NCBI RefSeq assembly: GCF_018977255.1
Contig: NW_024704743.1
Coordinates: 31,684,001 to 31,748,000 of the forward strand
Direction: 5' to 3'
DNA from: Callorhinchus milii
Lineage: Eukaryota
Length of the DNA: 64,000 bases
In this document: in pieces, positions 1 through 11,360 of the stretch
Layout of the letters: each line of letters opens with the position of its first letter
How positions within the stretch are numbered: position 1 is the stretch's first letter
Notes under the pieces: generated by a model
Told to the model about the DNA's origin: nothing
The model's input: only the letters and a program-made list of their open reading frames with translations
Databases searched by the model: none
Program-made: the position numbers and the translations under genes

Positions 1-172
1 GACTTTGAACTCATAATCTAGGCTGACACTCCAGTGCAGTGCTGGGGAAGTCCTGCATTGGGGAACACTCCAATACAACAGTCCCAGTGATGTACTGGGG
101 TGTCAACCTGGACTCCAAGTCCCACTACCTTCTGACTCAAAGGCAAGAATACAATCAACTGAAGTTGACACC
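1..172. mobile_element. Two inverted 5' fragments of the Deu-type tRNA SINE (family A)
   Basis: 1-62 matches the family A segment ATCTAGGCTGACACTCCAGTGC on +. About 66-172 is the reverse complement of the head, matching 16490-16590. Confidence 0.7.
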
Positions 173-639
173 AAAATAAGATGAGTGTAGGAAATGTTCA
201 TTATGACTGGTGATAATTAAGTAACTGAATCCATTTAGGAATAAGGGAATTTTGAGTCCGACATGTGGAGACTCATAAACACAGATTGGCATCCTGCATT
301 GCACAGCACAGCTCAACCCCTGGCTATTCCTGACATTACTGGCTTGCTCTTTAGACACGCTATGTTATCAATGATTCACTGTTGCAGAAGTCAAATTCCT
401 GCTGAAGCCTGTTGAGATGCAGTGAGCATCACTAATGTTTCATAAACATATTTAATGGCATTCTGGGGAATGGCTAAATTTAGGGAATACCATGTCAAAG
501 ACGTCAAACCTGTATATAACTGTATCAAAAGTGCTGTGAACATTAAGGAAGGGCAGAATGTTTTTTAAGCTCCTGCTAATACGCCCAATGACTGTCAGGA
601 GTCTTTTTTAGATGACAATTCTCTGAAGGTGCTGGACTC

Positions 640-1280
640 TTGTTGGGATCGACAGACACCAGCATCCCTCTGGTACCTCTCTGAAGTGGCTGTTCATGTG
701 TTAGCCTTGATGGTTGAGTGCTAGCAGGTTACAATAATAGTAAGTAGGTACCCGGTTATTAGACGATTGGTGGTTCGCTTTCCGGGGGTAATAAGCGCTT
801 CAAAAACAGTTTTAAAAATAATAATTTGGTAATTTATTCACTCAATCCACGAATGTTTGTGGGGCACTGCTGTGTGAAATTGGCTGCCACGTTTCATCCA
901 CAAAATACAGAGTCAATTCACTTGACAGTATATTCTGTAAAGCGCTTTCAGACGCCTCAATAACATGATAAGACGCTATATCAAATGCAAGGAATATTAT
1001 TATTATTATATAGCAGCTTATCATGTCGTTATTCAACCATGATAAACATCACAGCTGAGCTCAATCTTGTCTGTGTCCCACGTCTTCACTTTTCAGCAGA
1101 CTTCACAATTAGGAGTGGAAACCTGACTGATTTGTCACTTCTCTAACCATGAGTGCTAAAACAATCTGTAACATCCCAACAACTGGCCGAGCAGATATGA
1201 GCTAACATTCAAACTTGCACTCAGTCTACGAAATGGGAGCAATTGGCAGTCTCTTTACCCGCTAGGGCCATTGTGGGAGC
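640..1280 (-). mobile_element. Old tRNA-derived SINE (family C), split by a younger SINE
   Basis: Homologous to 21545-21800 and 60555-60935 (e.g. CATCACAGCTGAGCTCAATCTTGTC). A-box-like head near 1260-1280 on -. Confidence 0.55.
736..1010 (+). mobile_element. 5'-truncated SINE family B (central module, Deu-like 3' part, L2-type tail)
   Basis: AGTAAGTAGGTACCCGG module, CAATCCACGA..GTGGGGCACTGCTGTG, tail GCTATATCAAATGCAAGG(ATT)n. Confidence 0.85.
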
Positions 1281-1414
1281 TAATTTCTAAGCAAAATAAC
1301 AACATCTTGTTGTTTCCGAACCTGCAAAACCTTTAGCCGTGGAGGAAGGGGGGAGGAAATTGGAGGATGTCTTGGAAGTCCTGTATCTTTACAACAGTAC
1401 CATAACGTTTAACA

Positions 1415-1745
1415 TAAAGGTGCTAGAGGCGATAGAATCTGATGGTTTGTTGTAAGTAGATTACCTCGGTAGACAGGAATACTGGGAGCTGGGCCACAAT
1501 GCTTCCTTGCAGGAGGTCTCTATAATCCAAACTCTGTCTCCCACTTGTAAAGAGGCTCTGCTCAAAGCTGTAGCATGCCTTTTTTGACCTTTGCGGGGTT
1601 GTGAGTAAATTATAACAACTTTCTCTGAACACATCGTCTTTCTCTCACTGTCTGAATGCTTCAAGCAATTTTTGACATTTCAAGACCAATAGCAGGGTTT
1701 AATATAGGAATTTCTTGATGTAACTTGCTGTTTGTTTCCAAGTTA
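1415..1745 (-). mobile_element. Degenerate Gypsy-type LTR retrotransposon integrase C-terminal remnant
   Basis: The minus strand gives KRH..LQVGDRVWI (QVGDRVWI at 1547-1524), then across frameshifts GSIVAQ, PR, YLQQT..YR.*HL. This resembles the GDRVW..G.V..PRSY.V.T...RRNRRHL tail of Gypsy integrases. Confidence 0.5.
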
Positions 1746-2812
1746 TTAATTCAAAATAGAGAGCCAATAAATGACAACAATTTACATCAAAAAGATGGGA
1801 CAGGTTGAGCATTTTAATGAGGGCATGGTGTCCTCATTAAAATGAGTATGGTTTTCATCTGTCCAAAGAAGTCATTTCAACTTTTGTCCACTGAAGCATG
1901 TCCAATATACATGACATTTGGGAAAGCTATAACTCATATGCTGTGCCTGACACTGCTGTTGACTATTATATCCATGAAATTGACTGTTGTATTCCGTTTT
2001 AACCATAGCTACCAAATGCGATTACACAACACTGCAGAATCCTATTACAGAGAAAAGGTCAGGATTGGGGAAAGGGGAATTGTGTTTGATGAATTAATAA
2101 TTCTGCACCTGAGAGCAAGCAGAAGCAATCAGATTATCAATGAGTTATTTCAAGTTATAAAAAAGAAAATCTGATTTAACCAAGAAAGCCAATGAACATA
2201 TTTCGATACTCAAATCAATTAATTTGACAATTTACTTCCCCGTATAAGTCCCATGATTCATAACCATATTATTGAAAGCTAGTTATAGGAAATATACCAA
2301 TACCAATTAATCCTAATTGATATGTAAATGCTGGATAATATCTACCTACACTAAAAAAACTTACAACTGAGATTAATAATGCGCCTAATTCTGCATATTC
2401 TGAAATGCTACTAGACTAAGTTGAGAAAGGTGGAACATTGCCCACAAAACACCACACTGACTCTACAGTATATCGTTGAAGCGCTTTGGGACACACTCCT
2501 GACATGAAAAGCGCTATATTAAATGTAAGCATTATTATTATTTTTTATTATCTACTCCACTTTTGTTGATGACCACCATAACAATACAATACCAAGACAA
2601 TGGTTCATTGTGTTTCGTGCAGGGCAGCTCATGGTTGGGCTGGGTGTTCAGGACTCATTTAATATCCGCTTCCATGATCTTTATTTGTCCATAAACCTTT
2701 TACAGAATACCTAAATAGAATAAATAACATAAATAACTGTGGCATTCAGGAGGCTAGAGAACTTGAATGGTATGTTCTTGTAGCATGGATTTTACTTTGT
2801 TTGGATTTGTCA

Positions 2813-3868
2813 TCTGGCCCCCTCCTTTTTCTCATTTACATGCTCCCTCTTGGTGATATCGTCTGCAGACGGGTGGTCAACTTTCACGTGTATGTGGATG
2901 ATACCAAAATCTATTTTTTCTCCTCTAATCACGACCCCAACCCTACCAATTTTCTGACTGCCTGCATGTCTGACATCAAGCTCTGGATGAGAGCCAATTT
3001 TCTGCAGCTGAACATGGACAAGATGGAAGCCATTCCTTCTTGGCTCCCGTCAATACCTTTTCATCTGCGGTTCTGAACTCCTTAACCTTCCTTGCCTATT
3101 CCTCAGATTCACCAAACATGTATGCAACCTTGGCATGAGGTTCAATCCGGGTTATTCTTCGTACTCCACATCATGGAAATGAGCTGGCCCTGACCAGGAC
3201 TGCCTTCCGCCACATTGGCCAAATTACCCACCTCCGCCACATGGCCTGCCTTTGCCTCTATCTTACTCTAAACACTGCTGAAATTCTTATTCATGCTTTT
3301 ATCACTTCCTAACTTGATTTTTACAATGTACTCCTCGCCAGTTTCCCCAGCTACAATATTAACAAAGTCCAAATGATTCAAAACTCTGTTGGCTGTACCA
3401 GGCTCTGCACCCCCATTGCCCCAGTTCTTGCTAGGTTCCACTGGTTCCTCTATTTCAAGATCCTCACTCTCACTTTAATAATAAAATAGTAATCCTCACT
3501 TTGAAATCTCTTCACCCTTTGGTACCTCCCTACCTCTCCCCCATAGCAATCCAATGCAGGTATCTGATCTGCCTCACACCTCACTCTTCTATCCGCAGCT
3601 TTCGCTTATCTGGCTCGGGTCTTCTGCATATGCCCCATCCTATCTGATCCACAATTGGCGGCCGTGCTTTCAGACACTATGCCCCAAATCTCGGGAACTC
3701 CTTGGCTCAAACCCTTTCTATTGCTCCACTATTTACCCATCTTCAAATGACATCTGAAGACTTTCCTCTTCCACCATGCCTTCCAGCTGTGTGTGAAACC
3801 ACTTCACTGTAAGGCACTCCGAAACGCTATCTGCATGAAGGGTGCTATATAAATACAAGTTGTTGTTG
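2813..3868 (+). mobile_element. L2 LINE 3' portion with broken reverse transcriptase ORF2
   Basis: ORF 2801-3076 reads [44 protein letters not shown] (YADD-type RT motif). Frameshifts and stops follow; it ends in the L2 tail with (TTG)n. Confidence 0.92.
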
Positions 3869-4080
3869 AAGTTATCTGAGCCAATCTGTTTACCCAGAAT
3901 AGGCTTAAAGGAGGATGTAAACAGATTACAAGACCTTTTTTTGATTGGCAAAAGGCACCTCAGGGCTTGGATTAAAATAAAGATGTCAAGTGCACAGTTG
4001 AATGACAGTGTATTGTGAGGTGGCTGAGGAGTGTCAAAAGATTTCTCTGTGAATGTTTCCAGTGGTCAAAGTGTTTGTTT

Positions 4081-4395
4081 ACATAGATTTACATAGATTG
4101 TACAGACGGCAAAAGACTATTTTGGCCCAATCAGTCAGTGCCAGTGTTTATACTCCACATGAGTCCCGTTCCACTTCCCAGTCCCTTCCATTCCCCTCTC
4201 CCTCATGTGAAGGTTTAGCTTCCTCTTAAATGTATCTATAATATCTGCTACAACTACTGCTCAGGTAGCGAGTTGCACAACCTTGCTACCATCTGCATGA
4301 GTTCCTCCTAAATTCTCTTTTAGATACTATTCTCTACGTCACTATCTTATACTTGTGCCCCCAGGTTAAAAACTCCCAATAAGTGGGAACAGGTT
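4081..4395 (-). mobile_element. CR1 LINE 3' end
   Basis: Terminal (ACATAGATTT)2 repeat, TTTGGCCCAATC 3'UTR motif, and degenerate ORF2 end on -. Confidence 0.7.
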
Positions 4396-6249
4396 ATTTA
4401 TGCTAAATATGACTTAGAACGGTAGAAAGATATAAGTAATGAAGTGGCAACAGTTTTGTTATCCTCAATACTGTAGGCACCAGCATCAGAAAAAAGACCC
4501 AAAGCTCTGAACTCTCAGAGGAAGGAGTGTCCTAACTTCAGTATTTTGTGCAAAAAGAGACCAAAGGCAAACAATGGGTCCAAAACACAGACATTCAGCC
4601 CACATTTGCGCTGGTGTTTTTCTTCACACAAACAACCTAGTCTAATCCTACACTGCTACTCGCTGCCTCTACTCTTTAATATTACTCTTTTGGAGGCAGC
4701 AGTTTCATTTTGAATTCCTGGGAAAATCACTCTAATGGAGAATTTTATTGATGATTTCATGTCAATCAGGGTTAGCCTTACTTTTTAAAGGCTCTGGGCC
4801 TGTGTGCAAAGTGCGGGTTAGGGGGAAGAGCTCACACCCTTAGAAAACTTCCTGTCATTTTCTTCACCATCCTGCCACACCTGCCTGGCAGGTCCAAGAG
4901 ATAAGTGCAAGGCGACTGCTTCCTGGCATTGTTAGTCTCAGTCTGATAACATGACACTTAAAATACAGCAAAAGGAAAGGATGGAATGGTCTGTTGGAAG
5001 ACGTTTTGCCTTTATCTGTATGTAGGTGGTGATCCCATAAGCACAAAATATTTTGACATTATTTAAAGAGCCAGCATGGCCATCAAAATCCCATTTAAAG
5101 TCCCATTTACAGATTATCCTTAACTTTAATATCCCTTTGTTTACATAAGTCATTTTTTTTTCTTTAACCAACAATACATCTCACTGGGGCTCCTGGTGAG
5201 ACTATGGGCTGACATTGCATGAACTGAGGGCCCTCTTCCACATAGAGACTCTCGGGAGTAGTTAACAGACCCAAGAAAGTGAGTGATCAAAATTAATTAG
5301 TAGGTATATAGTCAGATACCCAGAACGTTTAAGTTTTACTAAATTGGAGGTTACATTTCTTCATGTTGGGGCTCTGTAGCTCCAAAAAGTTTCCTTGATT
5401 ATTTCATCAACATTTACTGTCTGCAATAATTTATTGTTAAATTAAAAATGAATAGGTTAGAAATGTAGATTGTGCGCCATAACAAGCGCAATACTCTCGT
5501 CAGTAGCTTCATATGTAATAATAATGATGATCCTTGTATTTTATGTAGCGCCTTATCACAATGGATTTTTACTTTACTGGGATTTTTACTTTACTGGGAG
5601 AATATTTGGAATTTGCAGTTTGGATTGGATATTTTTAAGTACACTGTTGGGTTTCCTCATGTTTCAGACACCTGGTTGAACAAAAAATAGCTTTATGTGA
5701 AAGACTCGGTTGCTGAGAATTATAAGAACCCATTTTTCTAAGCGGTGAAGTTTTTGGCAACTGACTGTGGGTTTTGTCATTGAGATCATTCCTATCAGAG
5801 TATGATGACAGAGGCCCTCGTGGACTGACACTGCATCAATTGTAGGCACTACAGTATTACACCAAGAAATAATTGTGTGATCTTCTATTACAATGACTAG
5901 GTTTCCCTTAATTGAATAATAGATCTGAAAACTAGGAATCCGTGAAGGATACTTGCAACATATGACTTACACAAAGGAATGATTGTGCTATGCATTTTGC
6001 CCTTGTTTCTGGAAGCAGACAGAAAACATTCAAAATACAGATAAGATAATGGTGTGAGCCTTGAAACCGTCATTGCTCATTCAATGACAGTATTCTTGTA
6101 TGGACCAACACACAGAAAATAGGTGCAAACAAAGTGGGTGTCCTTATCTCAGCAGCTGCAAAAATATATAAATTTGTCAGTGCATTGCATTTATACTTGC
6201 TATTTAAGGAAACACATCTTTGCTGTAAAAAATAATCTAGGTCGTGAGC

Positions 6250-6462
6250 AGAAATGGTTGGAATGTGGGATTCTCTGCCACAAGCTGTTGTTGAAGCAAA
6301 GTCCATACATTCTTTAAAAACAGAATTAGAGAGCTTGGACATGTAGAATATTCTAGGATATGCAGAGTGCGATTAGATTGGCTCATGTGGAGAAATAAAA
6401 ACGCTAAACTTGATGTACCAAATGGTCTGTTTTTCAGATCTGACATTCTATGATTATGTAAA
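6250..6462 (+). mobile_element. CR1 LINE 3' end
   Basis: Translates VGMWDSLPQAVVEAKSIHSLKTELE (CR1 ORF2 C-terminus), followed by 3'UTR and ATTCTATGATTATG tail. Confidence 0.8.
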
Positions 6463-6849
6463 ATGGAGAGTGTGCACTCCAAAAACAAGATGTAAACAGT
6501 AAATCAAATGACATTGGCCAAAGGAGACACAGGTCACCTTACAATAATTATTCAGCAACAGAACAGAAATCTTGCAGGAAAATTGTAAGCCTGGATTTGA
6601 TAAGATTATTATTAGGAAGTTTCCGTGACGTAAGATTCAACCCTATGTGTTCCACGATGCCAAGAGAGAACCGGAGGAATGAGATTGTTGTTAACATTGT
6701 GCATAAAATGTCACAATAATTACAGAAGGAAACAATGATATATTCTTAGAAACATTATTGAGAACGAGCTTCTAGCTGAAATCTTTGCCGGTGGAAACCA
6801 TCTATAGCTATGTATGCTTCACTATTGGTCAAATGGTAACTTCAATGGG

Positions 6850-7130
6850 TACCTTACCAACCTGCCCACCTAACCATCGGCATTCAAGCCTTCAGGCTTT
6901 CTGGTCCCACACTCTGGAACTCCATCCCAGAGCCCCTTCACCTCACCTTTCCTTGTCTCCTTCAAGGCCCATCTCAAGACCTTCCTCTTTTCACCTTGCC
7001 TTCAGCCATCCTCCCATCTCCACTCCCCTTGCCTTCATCCCTCTTGATCACAACCCCCAGCTCGGATGCAAACATTTGACAGTCCAGCATCTTGGGACGT
7101 TCTGATGTGAAAGGCAATTTGTTGTTGTTG
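6850..7130 (+). mobile_element. L2 3' fragment
   Basis: CTCTGGAACTCCATCCC..TTCAAGGCCCATCTCAAGACCTTCCTC, then the tail stem-loop and (TTG)n. Confidence 0.8.
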
Positions 7131-7140
7131 TAAAGGGCGG

Positions 7141-7415
7141 CAATAATAATAATAATAATCCTTGCATTTGATATAGCGCTTTTCACATCTTCTAGACGTC
7201 TCAAAGTGCTTCACAGAATATGCTGTAAAGTGTATTGACTGTATATTTGTGGGCGAAACGCGGCAGCCAATTGTGCACAACAGTGTCCCACAAACAGTCG
7301 TGGATTGAAAATAACCAATTTATTATTGTTTTGTTTTTGGAGGGATTATTATTAGGCGTGTGGAATAAGGAAACTTGCCCAAGGTTTCGCCCTGCCTGGA
7401 ATTGAACCCAATATT
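7141..7415 (-). mobile_element. SINE family B, short variant lacking the central module
   Basis: (AAT)n tail, Deu-like body, B-box GGTTCAATTCC on -. Junction GCCTAATAATAATCCCTCC is identical to the 32794 copy. Confidence 0.85.
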
Positions 7416-8309
7416 AGTATTACCCAGTCATAGCAAAGTGATCAGCACCAGTCACTCAAACAGAGCAGTACATAAGCTTGTAACTGCTACATCAAATGGG
7501 CTTTGCTTGGCATAAAAAAATTATTTACTTTGGAATTAGAGTTACAGATTGAGGTTTTCTTTATAGATCTGATTATGGATGAGGTTGGGTTAGAGAAGCT
7601 GGTGAGCCAGGCTGGGAAAGAGTGGATTATAGTTTGTCTGGTCAGTCTGTTGAAACTGGCAATATCTTAACATGACATGATTGCTTTGGATATTTGCCTG
7701 TTGACCTGATTGTACAGCAAATGATGCCTACCATGAATGGCGTTTACTCTAGCGATTTATTGAACCTATTAATAAAGTTGGTTTCAATAATGTAAACTTC
7801 TGTGAATGTCATGGGGAAGGACTAGCTGGTGAGCTGGATTTCCTGAAAGGCATTGTCTGATGCTCATATTCCTTTCCACTCTCTGGCAGCATGTTTTACT
7901 GGATCATTAGGCACAACATTGATGTGTACTCATTCCACACTTTCTGCCTAAATGAGGTTACACTTAATGTAGGGCACACTGAACGAAAGAGAACAGGAAG
8001 CAAAAATATGCAATCTGTGATCCATGTGCTTCCTTCCAATGGGAATGCACCAAACTCAGGATGAGCAAGGTTGAGGTAAAGAGAAGAATTAGCTTCCACT
8101 GCACATCAGAGAGTCTAATATGGAATAATTATAGGGACTGTGAGTGAACAGACAGAAGGGAAGGATGTGGTGATATTTGTAGAGCAAATTATTCATCCTC
8201 CTTCTCATCTCTTTATCCTTAACCTTATTGGAGATGGTGTGGAACGTCCATTGGGCAACTGCCTTCTAGGTCGAGTTGATTTTAATGTATGGCCAGCAAG
8301 TTTAAATGC

Positions 8310-8465
8310 TAGATAATCTAACAGGTTACCAGGAAGGATGGTTGAGGCCAGGACTCTAATCATTTAAACAAAACAGCTTGATGCACTGATGGGAGGACTG
8401 TAAGGTGGGAATTTTGGAAGGTTGAGATCAAATTCAAGCCAAGTCTTCTTCATTCAAGCCAATCT
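8310..8465 (+). mobile_element. Old CR1 3' fragment
   Basis: AACAGGTTACCAGGAAGGATGGTTGAGGCCAGGACTCTA reads NRLPGRMVEARTL, followed by a KQLD-like CR1 terminus. Confidence 0.6.
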
Positions 8466-9816
8466 TGTGAACGATTTAAGGCTTACAAATGTAAAAGAAG
8501 TGATAAGGCAGGAAAAGGTGAGGTCCATTGCCATGTACTGCTAATAACTCAGTACCAGGGTGTCCACTTTTATTCTCTCTCGATTTGCTGATGCATTTCT
8601 CATGGAAAATAAACTCTTAGTCATCCGTGTTTGACATCTGTTCTCCATGTAAACCAGAGATATTGCATTGAATCTCCAGAGAGTGAAATCACAGTGAGAA
8701 AGAATGGTAGAAGCCAAGAATGCTTTAACTACCTACAGTTGGAGATTGAGTACCAATAAGCAATATATTTCTCTGTAGCTGGAGGAGTTCTCCTTAACAG
8801 ATTGAGCATGTATGTTTAATCCGACCTCTCTACAGATATAGCTCAAGAACAAACAAGCAATCAGTTTGTTCGTAGTGTGGCCTTCACTCTTTCCTAAGAC
8901 TGACTCTTTAACGTGTTAGTGGTTTTATATGGTTGCTGTGCTTTAACATAGAGTGTATTTGTGAATACTAGAATAATCTATTTGCTCTTAGTGATGAGGT
9001 TCTGTGGATCAGCTTTGTTTTAGACTATAAACCAGCACACGTCAGTGGTATGGAGGAATACCCATATGAAAAGTAAGGGTGCTTTAGTCTGCATAAGGAA
9101 GCAAATTGTAGGACGTGAAAATGTAACGTTAAAGGTCTGGACCATAGCCAGCCACAGCTGAACACAAACTCCATGAGAACTAAGCATGATTTTACTGATC
9201 GAGTCCAGATGTTATGACTGTCTGAGAGTCCCTCACAGGCAATATTGTCGCTACATACGGGAAGGAGGAGGACATATTCTTAAAGCGGACTAAATCCCAC
9301 CTGTTTTGGGTAGCATGTTTGAACTATCAATACATTACAATCTGATATTTTTTGATGCATCTTTTACTGAACTTCCTCATAACTATACCTCCTTAAAGAT
9401 TCCCAGGACCTATTAGCTGCTATTTTTTCTTAACTGAAGGGCCCCTGCAGCTGCATATTATAATGAATTAAACAAGACAGCAGTTTGAATAAGTCTGCCA
9501 GCTGATTCTTATTTCTAATGTGTCTTTTTACTACACTTTTAGCAATTATGCCTTGTGCTTGTTCAGTTGGTTTGATAATGGAAGTTTAGTATAGAGATAT
9601 TTATTGATACAACACAACAATACAAATTTACAATTATGTAGCGCTTTTCACATCCGGAGGACATCCTTTTGACATATGATATTTGATTGATTTAGATTTT
9701 TGGGCAGGTTGTGAAGTTATAGACGAATATAGCTTAAAACACGGGAGAGGTCAAGGCTAAGAGAAGACTATTTGGCCCAGTAAAGCTCAACCCCTCCATA
9801 GAACCATAGAAATTTA

Positions 9817-10002
9817 TAATAATAATAATCCTTGCATTTGATATAACACCTCATCACTTTGTCAAGATGTCTCAAAGCACTTCACAGAATATATTGTAAC
9901 GTGTAGTGACTGTGTGTTTTGTGGGCGAAACATGGCAGCCAATTGTGCACAGCAGTGTCCCACAAATAGTTGTGGATTATGTCACCGAATTATTACTTTT
10001 TA
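9817..10002 (-). mobile_element. SINE B 3' fragment inserted in a CR1 3' end, with probable 7-bp target-site duplication
   Basis: AAATTTA at 9810-9816 and 10003-10009. The flanks rejoin as the CR1 terminus CATAGAACCATAGAAATTTACACCACAGAAGAAGGCCATTTGGCC. Confidence 0.8.
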
Positions 10003-10380
10003 AAATTTACACCACAGAAGAAGGCCATTTGGCCTATTGGCCCTCTGATGCCTTATCTCTTCTATCACCATATTTAATTGTATTTTGAATAACCCTAGTA
10101 CTTTTACTTCTACTTTTCAGGTTATTCCAATCACTTTATGGGTTCTAATAATTCATAATTGCTATTACCAACTTTTGCCAGTAACTTACGTTTTTGGTCA
10201 GCTAGGTGTCTGATCCCATGTGGAAACCCCAGTATGCAAACCAGACTCCGAGTTCCACATGTGTATGCCATCTACACCTGGAAACTTCTCTGTGTTCTGC
10301 CGGTAACATGAAGTGGATCACACTGTGGGGATTCCAGTCAATGTACTCTGGTTACGGTAATTCTTGTAACTTGGGTTTCA

Positions 10381-11038
10381 CTACCTCACCCCTCACGCTA
10401 CTGAAACTCTGGTCCACGCCTTTATCACCTCAAGGCTGGACTATGGGAACTCTCTCCTCGCCGGCCTTCCCGGCAACTCCCTCCACAAGCTGCAGGTCAT
10501 TCAGAACTCTGCAGCTCGTGTACTGTCCCGCACCAGGACCACATCACTCCCACCCTCGCTCGCCTCCACTGGCTCCCCATCCCCCAGAGGATCGAATTCA
10601 AGATCCTCATCCTCACCTACAAGGCCATTCATGGCCTTGCTCCCTCCTACCTCTCCGACCTACTGTCCCCCTACCTACCTGCCCGTACCCTCCGTTCCTC
10701 TGGCTCCAGTCTGCTCCACATCCCCCGCCCCAACCGCCCTACCATCGGTGGACGGGCCTTCAGCCTCTCAGCCCCTAGGCTCTGGAACTCTATCCCCCAG
10801 TGACTTCGCCGCCTCCTCCCTTTCCTCCTTCAAGGCCGGTCTCAAGACCTTTCTCTTTGACCGTGCCTTCAGCTCCCCTCTCAACTCTCTACCCCCTCCT
10901 CGCTCCCTCCCTTCCCTCCCCTTATCCTGACCATTTCCCCCTTGCTCGGGTCCTGACCCAACTGTACAGCGCCTTGGGACGTCCTCCCAACATGAAAGGC
11001 GCTCAATAAATGGAATCTGTTGTTGTTGTTGTTGTTGT
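10381..11038 (+). mobile_element. Young L2 LINE, 5'-truncated
   Basis: Encodes TLVHAFITSRLDYGNSLLAGLP..LQVIQNSAARVL..LHWLPIPQRIEFKIL. Nearly identical to 49490-49928. (TTG)n tail. Confidence 0.95.
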
Positions 11039-11232
11039 AATGCGCTTATGGTTACAATGTAAGTTGCCACATATTAGACCCATTGAAGAGATCTTTTCTG
11101 ATATCTGTTCTAAATTTACTTTTCACTGATTTCTTTTTGTGACCTCTGGCCCTACTTTGTTAGTTTACTTTAAAGCAAGTTTTACCTTATCTGCACTGTT
11201 TAATAATGTGTAAGCTTTGGTGAGGCTTATTC

Positions 11233-11360
11233 AACAACAATAAACAACAACAAACTTACATTTGTATAGCGCCTTTCACATCGGGAAGACGTCCCAAGGT
11301 GCTAGACAGACAGAGTAAGGACCCGAGCTGGGGGTCAGGATGAGGCAAGGTGGAGGGCAG
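11233..11360 (-). mobile_element. L2 3' tail fragment
   Basis: (CAA)n followed by TAGCGCCTTTCACATCGGGAAGACGTCCCAAGG. Confidence 0.8.

Noticed and set aside
1337..1451. Possible + strand exon (AG..VEEGGRKLEDVLEVLYLYNS..GTAAGT)
   Set aside because: Weak acceptor, no recognisable protein, no partner exons, and it overlaps the minus-strand Gypsy relic.
10206..11070. Overlapping proline-rich and antisense ORFs (also 49535-49983, 57654-57963, 27496-28147)
   Set aside because: Alternative frames of the C-rich L2 3' end; they recur only because the repeat recurs.
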